The notes beneath the pieces are model-generated. The model made no database searches and had not been told where the DNA came from. It saw nothing but the letters and a program-made list of their open reading frames with translations. DNA of 64,000 nt from a virus. Lineage: Duplodnaviria; Caudoviricetes. Of this stretch, positions 1 through 10,466 are shown piece by piece (position 1 is the stretch's first letter; every line of letters starts with the position of its first letter). The stretch lies in the IMG/VR virus record IMGVR_UViG_3300044645_001661; one strand, 5' to 3'. Both the position numbers and the translations under genes were made by a program.

Positions 1-9
1 AAAAAGCAA

Positions 10-1419
10 ATGTTCCAATCCGAGCATCTGCAGGAAAAGTGGGCACCACTTCTCGACTATGATGGTCTTGATCCTATCAAAGATTCACATAGAAGAGCTG
101 TAACCGCTGTCCTGCTCGAAAACCAAGAAAAATTCTTAAGAGAGCAATCTGCTTTCTCAAATGGTCTATTAACCGAAACCCCAACCAATGCAGGTAATGC
201 TGCTGGTGCATCTGGTGGTTTTTCAGGTTCCGCAACTGCAGGTGGTCCTGTAGCAGGTTTTGACCCCGTTCTGATCTCTCTGATCAGACGTGCAATGCCT
301 AACTTAGTTGCATATGATCTTGCTGGTGTTCAGCCAATGAGCGGTCCTACTGGACTCATCTTTGCAATGCGTTCACGCTACAACGATCAGTCTGGCACCG
401 AATCCCTGTTCAACGAAGCAGATACTGCATTCTCTGGTCAGAATTCTGGTATCGGTCTAACCGCAGCATCTGACGTTACTGCTGGTATGGGTACTACTAC
501 CCAGTATGGTTCAAACCCAGGTCTTCTTAACCCTGTTGGTACTGGTGCATCCACTGGTTCTGCTGGTTATAACGTTGGTCAGGGTATGTTCACTGGAGAT
601 TCTGAGAATCTCGGTAACGGTGCTGAGAACCAGTTTAACGAAATGGCATTCTCAATCGAGAAAGTCCTCGTTGAAGCAAAGTCAAGAGCACTCAAAGCTG
701 AGTACTCCTTAGAACTCGCACAAGACCTCAAGGCAATCCACGGTCTAAACGCAGAAGCAGAACTTGCTAACATTCTCTCTACTGAGATCCTCGCTGAGAT
801 CAACAGAGAAGTTATCAGAACCATCTATAAGGTTGCTGAGCAAGGTGCTGCTGTTAACACTGCTACCGCTGGTGTATTTGACCTTGACGTTGACTCCAAC
901 GGTCGTTGGTCAGTTGAGAAGTTCAAGGGTCTCCTCTTCCAGATCGAGCGTGATGCTAACGCAATCGCACAAAGAACTCGTAGAGGTAAGGGTAACGTTA
1001 TCATGTGTTCTGCTGACGTTGCTTCTGCTCTCAGCATGGCTGGTGTACTAGATTACACCCCTGCTCTGAATGCAAACCTCAACGTTGACGACACTGGTAA
1101 CACCTTCGCTGGTGTTCTTCTCGGTAAGTTCCGCGTATATATCGATCCATATTCAGCAAACGTATCTGCTAACCAGTACTACGTTGTTGGTTATAAGGGT
1201 TCTTCCCCTTATGATGCAGGTCTGTTCTATTGCCCTTACGTTCCTCTCCAAATGGTTCGTGCCGTTGGTGAGAACACCTTCCAGCCTAAGATTGGCTTTA
1301 AGACCAGATACGGTCTTGTTGCTAACCCATTTGCTGAAGGAACCACTCAAGGTCTCGGCAGACTTCAAGTTAACGCAAACCGTTACTACAGAAGAGTTCA
1401 AATCAAGAACCTTATGTGA
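10..1419 (+). CDS. gp23: Major capsid protein
   Basis: T4 gp23 motifs (FDPVLISLIRRAMPNL, VQPMSGPTGLIFAMR, FQPKIGFKTRYG); propeptide ending LLTE. Confidence 0.98.
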   Translation: MFQSEHLQEKWAPLLDYDGLDPIKDSHRRAVTAVLLENQEKFLREQSAFSNGLLTETPTNAGNAAGASGGFSGSATAGGPVAGFDPVLISLIRRAMPNLVAYDLAGVQPMSGPTGLIFAMRSRYNDQSGTESLFNEADTAFSGQNSGIGLTAASDVTAGMGTTTQYGSNPGLLNPVGTGASTGSAGYNVGQGMFTGDSENLGNGAENQFNEMAFSIEKVLVEAKSRALKAEYSLELAQDLKAIHGLNAEAELANILSTEILAEINREVIRTIYKVAEQGAAVNTATAGVFDLDVDSNGRWSVEKFKGLLFQIERDANAIAQRTRRGKGNVIMCSADVASALSMAGVLDYTPALNANLNVDDTGNTFAGVLLGKFRVYIDPYSANVSANQYYVVGYKGSSPYDAGLFYCPYVPLQMVRAVGENTFQPKIGFKTRYGLVANPFAEGTTQGLGRLQVNANRYYRRVQIKNLM

Positions 1420-1441
1420 TCACTGGTCACATTTATCAAGG

Positions 1442-1465
1442 GGGACCCGAAAGGGTCCCTTTTTT
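1442..1465 (+). terminator. Rho-independent terminator after gp23
   Basis: GGGACCC-GAAA-GGGTCCC followed by T6. Confidence 0.9.
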
Positions 1466-1486
1466 ATTCTAAATAGTTAAAAAACC

Positions 1487-2050
1487 ATGGCAGTCGGAAA
1501 CGCTTTTAGTAACCAAATACAAAATAGAAACTTTTTATCTTCTGTAGGTTTTAAGTTTACATTAACTAGGGCACGAAAAGTTTCATTTTTCTCCAATTCT
1601 GCAAATGTTCCAGGATTAAGTCTTGGTGTTGCTCAACAACCAACATATTTAAAGGATATTGATATTCCTGGAGATAAGATGGTTTTTGAAGATTTTAATC
1701 TTAGATTTATTGTCGATGAAAATCTTGAAAATTACATGCAAATTCAAAATTGGATGAGAGGTCTTGGTTACCCAGAATCATTGAACGAAATTTATAAATT
1801 ACAAAAACAAGAAACCAATTTGAATACTTCTTTGACTAAACAAATGAACATTTATTCAGATGGCACTTTACAAGCATTGAATAGTAATAATCGTGTTCAA
1901 TTTGAAGTTGTATTTAAAGATATGTTCCCATATTCATTATCTGCTTTAGAATTTGATTCTACAAATCCAGATGTTGAATACTTTACAGCAGAAGTATCAT
2001 TCAAGTATACTATCTACAATATATTAGATGCTAGTGGAAATAAACTATGA
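1487..2050 (+). CDS. gp3: Tail tube terminator / tail completion protein
   Basis: NRNFLSSVGFKF...FP..LS.LEF pattern; conserved position after gp23. Confidence 0.85.
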   Translation: MAVGNAFSNQIQNRNFLSSVGFKFTLTRARKVSFFSNSANVPGLSLGVAQQPTYLKDIDIPGDKMVFEDFNLRFIVDENLENYMQIQNWMRGLGYPESLNEIYKLQKQETNLNTSLTKQMNIYSDGTLQALNSNNRVQFEVVFKDMFPYSLSALEFDSTNPDVEYFTAEVSFKYTIYNILDASGNKL

Positions 2051-2484
2051 TCATTGACCTTGAAATGATTCAAAAAATGTGGGAAGAAGATTCTAAAATT
2101 GACATGGATAATTTACATACAGAATCAACAAACATTCCAGTTTTACATGCAAAATACTTTGACTTATATAACAATATTATTCTATTAAAGAAAAAAGCAG
2201 AGCAGCAGAGAAAAAATATTAGGCATGAGAGATATGAATATTTTACTGGTAAAGCAGATCCAGATGTTTATATAGAAAATCCATTCCCCAAAAAAATTAG
2301 AGACAAAGATACTTTACAAAAATATCTAGATGCTGATGAGAAATTGTCTCAAATTAGTTTAAAAATAGACTATTACGAAACTGTTATAAATTACTTAGAG
2401 AGTATTCTTAAAGTAATTCAGAACAGAACTTACCAAATTAAGAATGCCATCGAATTTTTAAAATTCCAGGCAGGTTATGGTTGA
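2047..2484 (+). CDS. uvsY: Recombination mediator UvsY
   Basis: LHAKY, YLDADE, RTYQIKNAIEF motifs; synteny with uvsW. Confidence 0.9.
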   Translation: MIIDLEMIQKMWEEDSKIDMDNLHTESTNIPVLHAKYFDLYNNIILLKKKAEQQRKNIRHERYEYFTGKADPDVYIENPFPKKIRDKDTLQKYLDADEKLSQISLKIDYYETVINYLESILKVIQNRTYQIKNAIEFLKFQAGYG

Positions 2485-3949
2485 TAAATTTGATCTAATA
2501 ATTTCTAAATCCAACGAAGTTTATTTAAAAATAGAATGTGAACCACACATTGAATATGAACTTCGTGATCACTTTAAATTTGAAGTACCGAATGCAAAAT
2601 TCATGCCCCAATATAGGGGCAGAAATTGGAATGGGGAAATTCATCTATTCGACATGAGAACCAAGCAGCTCTACATAGGTCTGTTGGATAGATTAATTTC
2701 TTTTTGTAAAAACTATGGATATAATTATAAATTTGTAGAGAATAAATTCTATGGATTACCTTTTGAGGTAAACGAAGAAATTACTCTTGAAGGCGTTAAA
2801 GGATATATGCAATCTATTTGTTCTCATTCTCCGAGAGATTATCAAATAGATGGAGTATGTGATGCGTTAAAGCATAATCGAAGACTATTGATAAGTCCCA
2901 CAGCATCAGGCAAATCTCTGATGATTTATTCTCTAGTAAGATACTATGTGAGTAAACACGAAAAAATACTTTTAGTTGTTCCAACGACATCTCTTGTAGA
3001 GCAAATGTACAAGGATTTTCAGGATTATGGTTGGGATGCTGAGTCATACTGTCACCGAATTTATTCTGGTAGAGAAAAGACAAACGAACATCCTGTTACT
3101 ATTACTACTTGGCAATCTGTATATAAATTGGAACGTTCATTCTTTGAAGATTATGGTGTAATTATAGGTGATGAAGCTCATTTATTCAAGAGCAAATCAC
3201 TTATTGAAATCATGACTAAACTTCATCATGCAAAATATAGATTTGGATTTACTGGAACTTTAGATGGAACACAAACTCATAAATGGGTTCTTGAAGGTTT
3301 ATTTGGACCATCATATAAAGTTACAAGAACTGCAGAATTAATGGAAAAAGGACATGTATCTAAATTAGATATTAGATGTCTTGTATTAAAGCATACTCCT
3401 CAAACTTTTGAAACCTATGAAGATGAGGTTCAATTTATTATATCTCATGAAAAAAGAAATAATTTTATTAAAAATTTAGCTTTAGATTTAAAAGGTAATA
3501 CTCTTATATTATTTTCTAGAGTTGAAAGTCATGGACTTCCTTTATACGAACTAATTAATAAAAACAAAAAAGAAAATCGTAAAGTATTTTTTGTTCATGG
3601 AGGAATTGATACTGAAGAGAGGGAACAAGTTAGAGAAATAACAGAACGAGAGGATGATGCAATTATTGTTGCTTCATATGGTGTATTTTCTACTGGAATA
3701 AATATTAGAAACCTCCATAATGTTATTTTTGCATCCCCAAGTAAATCTAGAGTTCGCAATCTTCAAAGTATTGGTAGAGTTTTAAGGAAGGGTAAAAATA
3801 AAACAAAAGCAATGCTTTATGATATTTCCGATGATTGCACTCACAAGTCAAGAAAAAACTACACGTTAAATCATTTAATAGAAAGAATTAAAATTTATAA
3901 TGAAGAAAACTTTAACTACGAAATAATTACTATCAATTTAGCACAATGA
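2477..3949 (+). CDS. uvsW: SF2 DNA helicase UvsW
   Basis: SPTASGKS Walker A, GDEAH, GFTGT, LQSIGRVLR. Confidence 0.95.
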   Translation: MVDKFDLIISKSNEVYLKIECEPHIEYELRDHFKFEVPNAKFMPQYRGRNWNGEIHLFDMRTKQLYIGLLDRLISFCKNYGYNYKFVENKFYGLPFEVNEEITLEGVKGYMQSICSHSPRDYQIDGVCDALKHNRRLLISPTASGKSLMIYSLVRYYVSKHEKILLVVPTTSLVEQMYKDFQDYGWDAESYCHRIYSGREKTNEHPVTITTWQSVYKLERSFFEDYGVIIGDEAHLFKSKSLIEIMTKLHHAKYRFGFTGTLDGTQTHKWVLEGLFGPSYKVTRTAELMEKGHVSKLDIRCLVLKHTPQTFETYEDEVQFIISHEKRNNFIKNLALDLKGNTLILFSRVESHGLPLYELINKNKKENRKVFFVHGGIDTEEREQVREITEREDDAIIVASYGVFSTGINIRNLHNVIFASPSKSRVRNLQSIGRVLRKGKNKTKAMLYDISDDCTHKSRKNYTLNHLIERIKIYNEENFNYEIITINLAQ

Positions 3950-4347
3950 TGGAAGAAGATTTTTATGCAACAATTAAATTAAAAAATGGAGAAGAAATAT
4001 ACGCAAAAGTATCTCCATGTTTTGAAGAACATAAAACTATGCTTTTAGTAACAAATCCAATTACTGTTTCTGAAGTAAAAACAAGAGCTGGTGTTTCTGG
4101 ATATAAATTAGAATCTTGGTTAAAAACAAGTAAAGATGATATGTTATTAATTGATATGAATGATGTACTAACAATTAGTGAATCTAAAGATATTGATATG
4201 ATCATCATGTATCAAAATTATGTAAGACAGTCAAAAGACTATGGGAGTGACTATCCAAGTAGAAAAAAGATTAATAGAAAAATGGGATATATCTCTAATG
4301 TTAATGATGCTAAAGAGATATTAGAAAAGCTCTATAAGAATAGTTAG
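3946..4347 (+). CDS. Conserved hypothetical protein
   Basis: 133-aa ORF translationally coupled to uvsW. Confidence 0.7.
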   Translation: MMEEDFYATIKLKNGEEIYAKVSPCFEEHKTMLLVTNPITVSEVKTRAGVSGYKLESWLKTSKDDMLLIDMNDVLTISESKDIDMIIMYQNYVRQSKDYGSDYPSRKKINRKMGYISNVNDAKEILEKLYKNS

Positions 4348-4463
4348 ATATATTATTTTCAAACCTAACAAAGGTATTCTATCGATATTCTGAGGTAGTG
4401 TCAAGTTTGTAGTTATTTTCCATAGATGGTATAATTGATATACATATTAAATTAGGTATTCTT

Positions 4464-4961
4464 ATGATAACTACAAATACTATGACTAAAAGAAAAAGGT
4501 CAGTTCATTATGTTAACAATAAAGATTTTTTGGCAGCATTGATTGAATATAAAAAAGAAATTGCTGCAGCTCAAGATAGAGGAGATCCAAAACCACGAAT
4601 AACGAATTACTTAGGAGAATGCTTCTTAAAGATCGCAACTCACCTATCTTTTAAACCTAATTTTGTCAACTATATTTTTAAAGATGACATGATTTCTGAT
4701 GGTATTGAAAATTGTGTTCAATACATTCATAATTTCAATCCAGAGAAGTCACAAAATCCATTTGCTTACTTTACTCAGATTATTCACTATGCATTTCTGA
4801 GAAGAATTCAAAAGGAAAAGAAGCAGTTGGAGATTAAGAATAAAATTCTTGAAAGAACTGGATATGATGAAGTCTTCTTTGATGACAATCATATTGACGG
4901 AATGAATTATTCTGACTATAATAGTATTAAGGATAGTATTCATTCTAAAACAAGGTACTGA
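4464..4961 (+). CDS. gp55: Late-transcription sigma factor
   Basis: HYVNNKDFL, DMISDGIENC, NPFAYFTQIIHYAFLRRI. Confidence 0.95.
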   Translation: MITTNTMTKRKRSVHYVNNKDFLAALIEYKKEIAAAQDRGDPKPRITNYLGECFLKIATHLSFKPNFVNYIFKDDMISDGIENCVQYIHNFNPEKSQNPFAYFTQIIHYAFLRRIQKEKKQLEIKNKILERTGYDEVFFDDNHIDGMNYSDYNSIKDSIHSKTRY

Positions 4962-6001
4962 TGCGTGTAGCAATAATTACAGACCAACATTTTGGTGCTC
5001 GTAAAAACTCTAAATTATTTCATGATTATTTTTTAAAATTTTATAATGATGTATTTTTTCCTACAATAGAAAAGGAAGGAATAACAACAATTATTGATAT
5101 GGGGGATACCTTTGATAGCCGAAAGGGTATTGACTTTGCTGCTTTAGCATGGGCAAAAGATAATTATTATGATAAATTGGAGTCTTTAGGATGCCAGGTT
5201 TACACGGTAGTTGGAAATCATACAGCTTATTATAAGAATACCAATCAATTAAACGCTGTTGATTTGCTTCTAAGAGAATATAAGAATGTGAGGGTAATAT
5301 CTGAATCTGAACATATTAAAATAGGGAAACAAAATATATTGTTTATTCCATGGATAAATTCTGAAAATGAAAAAATTACTTATGATGTAATTAATAAAAG
5401 TAATTCTAAAATTGCAATGGGTCATTTAGAATTGAATGGATTTTCTCCCTATAAGGGTCATATAATGACATCTGGGCATGATAGTCAAATATTCGATAAA
5501 TTTACTAGAGTATTTTCTGGTCATTATCACACTAGATCAAATAACGGGAAGATATATTATTTGGGAAATCCTTATGAATTATATTTAAATGATTATAATG
5601 ATACTAGAGGATTTCATTTATTGGATTTAGATACTTTAGAATTAACATCTATTGATAACCCATATAGAATGTTTTATTCTATCTTTTATGAAGATACTGA
5701 TCCTCAATTATTTGATGCTAGGCAATATGAAAATAAAATAGTAAAGTTGATTATTAGAAAAAAAACTGACCCTAAAAAGTTTGATAAATTTCTAGATAAA
5801 TTATATTCGGCAAATATTGCAGAAATTAAAATAGTAGAAAGTTTTAAAATAGAAGAAGAAATCCAAATAGATGAATTGGAATCTGAAGATACGGTTTCTT
5901 TACTTAATAGATACGTTGAAGATTCTGATCTAGTGTTAGATAAAAACATACTTAAAGGAATTATTCAAAATATATACAAAGAGGCTTGTGAGATGATTTA
6001 A
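4961..6001 (+). CDS. gp47: Recombination endonuclease (SbcD/Mre11-like)
   Basis: ITDQHFG, MGDTFD, VGNHT, MGH, SGHYH metallophosphoesterase motifs. Confidence 0.95.
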   Translation: MRVAIITDQHFGARKNSKLFHDYFLKFYNDVFFPTIEKEGITTIIDMGDTFDSRKGIDFAALAWAKDNYYDKLESLGCQVYTVVGNHTAYYKNTNQLNAVDLLLREYKNVRVISESEHIKIGKQNILFIPWINSENEKITYDVINKSNSKIAMGHLELNGFSPYKGHIMTSGHDSQIFDKFTRVFSGHYHTRSNNGKIYYLGNPYELYLNDYNDTRGFHLLDLDTLELTSIDNPYRMFYSIFYEDTDPQLFDARQYENKIVKLIIRKKTDPKKFDKFLDKLYSANIAEIKIVESFKIEEEIQIDELESEDTVSLLNRYVEDSDLVLDKNILKGIIQNIYKEACEMI

Positions 6002-6271
6002 ATGTTTATTCTAACAATAGAAGGAAAAGAAGACGAAGGTGCCTATTCTGTAATAAATGAAGATGGAGAGCAAATACTATATCTTTTTGAACAAGAAGAT
6101 GATGCAGTTAGATTTGCTATGATGTTAGAAGAAATGAATTATCCATCTATGCACGTTATTGAAATTGATGACGATATCATAATAAAAACTTGTGAAATGA
6201 ACGATTATCAATATGCAATAATTACTGAAAACGATATTGTAATTCCCCCTCAAGAAAATGATCTTATTTGA
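6002..6271 (+). CDS. Conserved hypothetical protein
   Basis: 89-aa acidic ORF between gp47 and gp46. Confidence 0.7.
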   Translation: MFILTIEGKEDEGAYSVINEDGEQILYLFEQEDDAVRFAMMLEEMNYPSMHVIEIDDDIIIKTCEMNDYQYAIITENDIVIPPQENDLI

Positions 6272-7967
6272 AAAAATTAAGTATAAAAACTTTTTAAGTA
6301 CTGGAAATCAATTTACAGAAGTATCTTTTGTAGGAAGTCCAACTACTTTAATAATTGGAAATAACGGTGCTGGTAAAAGTACCATGTTGGACGCCCTGAC
6401 TTTTTCTTTGTTTGGTAAATCCTTCAGGGGTGTAAATAAACCACAATTAATCAATTCTATAAATGAGAAAGATTGTGTTGTAGAAGTTGAATTTACAATT
6501 GGATCTAATAAATGGAAAGTTGTTAGAGGAATTAAACCATCTATATTTGAAATTCATAGAAATGGTAAAATTTTAAATCAAGACTCTGCATCAACTGATC
6601 AACAAAAATGGTTGGAACAAAACGTTCTTAAAATGAACTATAAGTCTTTTACTCAAATTGTTATTTTGGGTAGTAGCAGTTTTGTCCCTTTCATGCAACT
6701 TTCTGCTGCCCATCGCAGAGAAGTAATTGAAGATCTACTTGACATTAAAATTTTCTCGTCAATGAATACTTTAGTTAAAGAAAAGATTCGTTCTGTAAAG
6801 GATGAAGTTAAAGTTCTTGAATTAAAAAAAGAATCTTTTCAAGATAAAGTTAATATGCAAGAAAATTTTATTGAAGAACTTGAAAATCGTGGTAAAGAAA
6901 GTATTAAAAATAAAAAGGAAAAGATTTCTCAACTTCTTAATGAAGAAAAAGATTTAATTGGTGTATCTGAGGCAAAAACTGAAGAAATTCAACTAATACA
7001 AAAGCACTTAGAAACTTATATTGGAGCAACAGACAAACTTCGTAAGTTAGGTAATTTGAAAGGTAAAATATCTCAAAAGGTATCTACCATTACTAAAGAA
7101 CATAAGTTTTTTACAGAGAATACGGTTTGTCCTACCTGTACTCAAGATATTGATGAGACTTTCAGAATAAATAGAATTAACGACGCTCAAAATAAAGCAA
7201 AAGAGTTGCAATCTGGTTATCAAGAACTAGAGCAGGCAATTAAAGAGGAAGAAGAGCGAGAGCGTCAATTTACCGCTCTATCTACTGAAATCACAGAACT
7301 AACGAATGGCATTTCTCAAAACAATACTAAGATCTCTGGATGCCAAAGACAAATCCGAGATCTTGAAAATGAAATTCAAGTTATTACCAAGAACCTTGAG
7401 AATAGAAATTCTGAACATGAGAAGTTAGAAGAATACAGGAACAATCTAACTGATATACTAAATGATTTAGATTCTATAAAACAAAAAATTAATTACTATG
7501 ATTATATCTACAGTCTTCTAAAAGATGGTGGTGTTAAAACAAAAATTATTAAAAAATATTTGCCACTCATTAATCAGCAAGTAAATCGTTATTTGCAAAT
7601 GATGGATTTTTATATTAACTTTAATTTAGATCAAGAATTTTCTGAATCTATTAAATCACCAATTCATGAAGATTTTTCATATACTTCTTTTAGTGAAGGT
7701 GAAAAAATGAGAATTGATCTTGCTCTTCTTTTTACTTGGAGAGAAATTGCTAAAATAAAAAATTCTTTAAACTGCAATATTATAATTTTTGATGAAACAT
7801 TTGATTCTTCCTTAGATGGATTTGGTACAGATGAATTTTTAAAGATTATTAGATATGTAATCAAAGATGCAAATGTATTTGTTATTTCTCATAAAGAAGG
7901 TATGAGAGATAAATTTAACAACGTAATTAGATTTGAAAAAATAAAAGGATTTAGTAGGGCAGTTTAA
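6258..7967 (+). CDS. gp46: Recombination ATPase (SbcC/Rad50-like)
   Basis: GNNGAGKS, CPTC zinc hook in coiled coil, FSEGEKMRIDLAL, IIFDE. Confidence 0.96.
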   Translation: MILFEKIKYKNFLSTGNQFTEVSFVGSPTTLIIGNNGAGKSTMLDALTFSLFGKSFRGVNKPQLINSINEKDCVVEVEFTIGSNKWKVVRGIKPSIFEIHRNGKILNQDSASTDQQKWLEQNVLKMNYKSFTQIVILGSSSFVPFMQLSAAHRREVIEDLLDIKIFSSMNTLVKEKIRSVKDEVKVLELKKESFQDKVNMQENFIEELENRGKESIKNKKEKISQLLNEEKDLIGVSEAKTEEIQLIQKHLETYIGATDKLRKLGNLKGKISQKVSTITKEHKFFTENTVCPTCTQDIDETFRINRINDAQNKAKELQSGYQELEQAIKEEEERERQFTALSTEITELTNGISQNNTKISGCQRQIRDLENEIQVITKNLENRNSEHEKLEEYRNNLTDILNDLDSIKQKINYYDYIYSLLKDGGVKTKIIKKYLPLINQQVNRYLQMMDFYINFNLDQEFSESIKSPIHEDFSYTSFSEGEKMRIDLALLFTWREIAKIKNSLNCNIIIFDETFDSSLDGFGTDEFLKIIRYVIKDANVFVISHKEGMRDKFNNVIRFEKIKGFSRAV

Positions 7968-7980
7968 AAAGTGGCACAAT

Positions 7981-8006
7981 GATCGTCTAACAGGCGATCT
8001 TTTTTT
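7981..8006 (+). terminator. Terminator-like hairpin after gp46
   Basis: GATCGTCT-AAC-AGGCGATC plus T7. Confidence 0.7.
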
Positions 8007-8035
8007 GTATTATATGCTCACACGAAACAAATCAA

Positions 8036-10219
8036 ATGCCTGTCTCCCACGAAATCAAGTCTCAACTTGCCAAACTGCTTGCCACTGAGGATCTCGTTGT
8101 CGAGCACAAAAAAGTTTCTACTGCTTGTTTTAATGTTCATACTCGCGTCTTGACTCTTCCTCTTTGGGAAAAGGCAAGCAATCTTGTATATGATCTTCTT
8201 GTAGGGCATGAAGTGGGTCATGCTCTTTTTACGCCAGATGAAGACTGGACTAAAACTGTAAAAGTTCCTACTCAGTTTGTGAATGTTGTTGAAGATGCAC
8301 GAATTGAAAAATTAATGAAACGTAAGTATGCTGGACTTGCTAAAACTTTCTTTAATGGGTATAAAGAACTAAATGAAGAAGATTTCTTTCAAATTGATGA
8401 TGAAGATATCTCTTGTTTTAATCTTGCAGATCGCTCTAACCTTTATTTTAAAATTGGTAATTTTGTAACTATTGATTTTAACTCGGAAGAAAAGCAAATC
8501 ATTGATTTGATTTCTGCAACTGAAACTTTTGCAGATACCTTAATTGCTGCAGAAGAACTTTACAAATATTGTAAAAAAGAAAAAGAACAACAGCAAAAAG
8601 TTGCTGATTTTGATTCTCATGATCAACAAGGAGATTCTCAGTCACCCGCTAATGAAATTGTAGAGACTAATGACTCATCTTCTGAACAAGACGGTGAAAG
8701 TGATAATTCTCAACCTCAAGAAAAGGAAGGTAATGGTGGGACTGCCCAAGGTGATCAGACTTCAGTAAATAATACTAGTGAAGAAAGTGAACCTGAAATT
8801 CGTACCGCAGATTCATTTGAAGATAAAATTCGGGATCTTGTAAATGATGACGGATACGATAATGTTTACGTTGAAATTCCTAAAGTAAATCTTGAAACTA
8901 TTATTGGTAAAAATTATGATGTTCATAAAGATATTAGCGAATCTTTTTGTCATCAACAAAAAATTCATCAAGAACATGCTCAAGCATCTGGATATTCTTC
9001 CATAAATCTCTACAGAGATGTTGATATTGAGTTTAACAAGTTTAAGTTTTCTGCTCAAAAAGAAGTCAATTATCTTGTGAAAGAGTTTGAGTGTCGTAAA
9101 GCTGCGGATCAGTATGCTCGTGCTTCAACTGCTCGCACTGGTATTCTCGATACTGCTCGTCTTCATACCTACAAGTATAATGAAGATCTATTTAAGAAGG
9201 TTTCTGTGATTCCTGACGGTAAAAATCATGGTCTGGTATTTGTACTGGATTGGAGTGGTTCTATGGCTGATGTAATAGTGGATACATGTAAACAACTCTT
9301 TAATCTTGTGTGGTTTTGTAAAAAAGTTTCTATTCCTTTTGATGTTTATGCCTTTACAAATGAATGGCGTCGTGGGGAATATGATTATGAAACTGGTCGC
9401 TATAGTGCCGCAGATCGTACTCCTCATTACCAGAAAAAAGAGGGCTTGCTTTGTGTAGATGAAACTTTTTCTATGATGAATATCCTTACCAGTAAAGTTT
9501 CTGGTAAAGAATTGGAACGACAAATGTTGAATATTTGGCGTCTTGCTTCATGCTTTAAAAATTCTTATCGTTGTGCATATACATATCCTCCTCGTTTGAG
9601 TCTCTCTGGTACTCCTTTAAATGAATCATTGATTGCACTTCATCAAATTCTTCCCAAATTTCAAAAAGAAAACAAACTTCAAAAGGTTCAATGTATTGTT
9701 TTGACTGATGGTGAAGCAAATCAACTTGTTTATCATAAAGAAGTAAAGCGTAATTGGGAAAAAGATCCTTTTATTGGTGTTGGATATGTTAGCCCTCAAA
9801 GTACATTTCTTCGTGATCGTAAACTTGGATCTACTTATAAATTTGGTTCTGGATATCATGAGTTTACCGATGTTCTTCTTAATAATTTAAAGAACAAATT
9901 TTCCTCCACTAACTTTATTGGTATTCGTGTACTTGAAGGTCGCAATGTAAATCGTTTTATTAATCTATATCACAATTCTTGTGATGAAGATTATACAAAG
10001 ATTCAAAATGATTGGAAGAAATTGAAGAGTTTTACTATTACTAACTCTGGTTATGATGCATATTTTGGTATGTCTTCAACTGCACTCTCTCAAGATAGTG
10101 AATTTGAAGTTAAAGAAGACGCAACTAAATCTCAAATCAAGTCTGCATTTGTTAAGTCATTGAAGACTAAAAAACTAAATAAAAAAGTTCTTGGTGAATT
10201 TATCTCTTTGGTAGCATGA
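8036..10219 (+). CDS. Metallopeptidase-motif / vWA domain protein (CobT-like partner of CobS)
   Basis: HEVGH (HExxH), acidic linker, MIDAS motif LDWSGSM and LTDGE. Confidence 0.75.
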   Translation: MPVSHEIKSQLAKLLATEDLVVEHKKVSTACFNVHTRVLTLPLWEKASNLVYDLLVGHEVGHALFTPDEDWTKTVKVPTQFVNVVEDARIEKLMKRKYAGLAKTFFNGYKELNEEDFFQIDDEDISCFNLADRSNLYFKIGNFVTIDFNSEEKQIIDLISATETFADTLIAAEELYKYCKKEKEQQQKVADFDSHDQQGDSQSPANEIVETNDSSSEQDGESDNSQPQEKEGNGGTAQGDQTSVNNTSEESEPEIRTADSFEDKIRDLVNDDGYDNVYVEIPKVNLETIIGKNYDVHKDISESFCHQQKIHQEHAQASGYSSINLYRDVDIEFNKFKFSAQKEVNYLVKEFECRKAADQYARASTARTGILDTARLHTYKYNEDLFKKVSVIPDGKNHGLVFVLDWSGSMADVIVDTCKQLFNLVWFCKKVSIPFDVYAFTNEWRRGEYDYETGRYSAADRTPHYQKKEGLLCVDETFSMMNILTSKVSGKELERQMLNIWRLASCFKNSYRCAYTYPPRLSLSGTPLNESLIALHQILPKFQKENKLQKVQCIVLTDGEANQLVYHKEVKRNWEKDPFIGVGYVSPQSTFLRDRKLGSTYKFGSGYHEFTDVLLNNLKNKFSSTNFIGIRVLEGRNVNRFINLYHNSCDEDYTKIQNDWKKLKSFTITNSGYDAYFGMSSTALSQDSEFEVKEDATKSQIKSAFVKSLKTKKLNKKVLGEFISLVA

Positions 10220-10401
10220 AACAAAAATTTCCTTTTGATCACGTAGTAAAATACGATACCAAAGAAGTTTGGATTGTTTGTAATAGTGTAACTACTGCTT
10301 TAGGTATTTCCGCATTAGTTAAAAAATACTATCCTGGTTATACTGGACGCATTGCAAGCGAACAATATTTAAGTCAACTGAAAAACCAGTTGGCAAACTG
10401 A
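10216..10401 (+). CDS. Small hypothetical protein
   Basis: 61-aa ORF coupled to upstream stop. Confidence 0.6.
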   Translation: MKQKFPFDHVVKYDTKEVWIVCNSVTTALGISALVKKYYPGYTGRIASEQYLSQLKNQLAN

Positions 10402-10466
10402 CCACTGACTGGATCTCAGATCCAAATTTGACCTTATAATTATTCAGTTGAAACAAACACCTCATT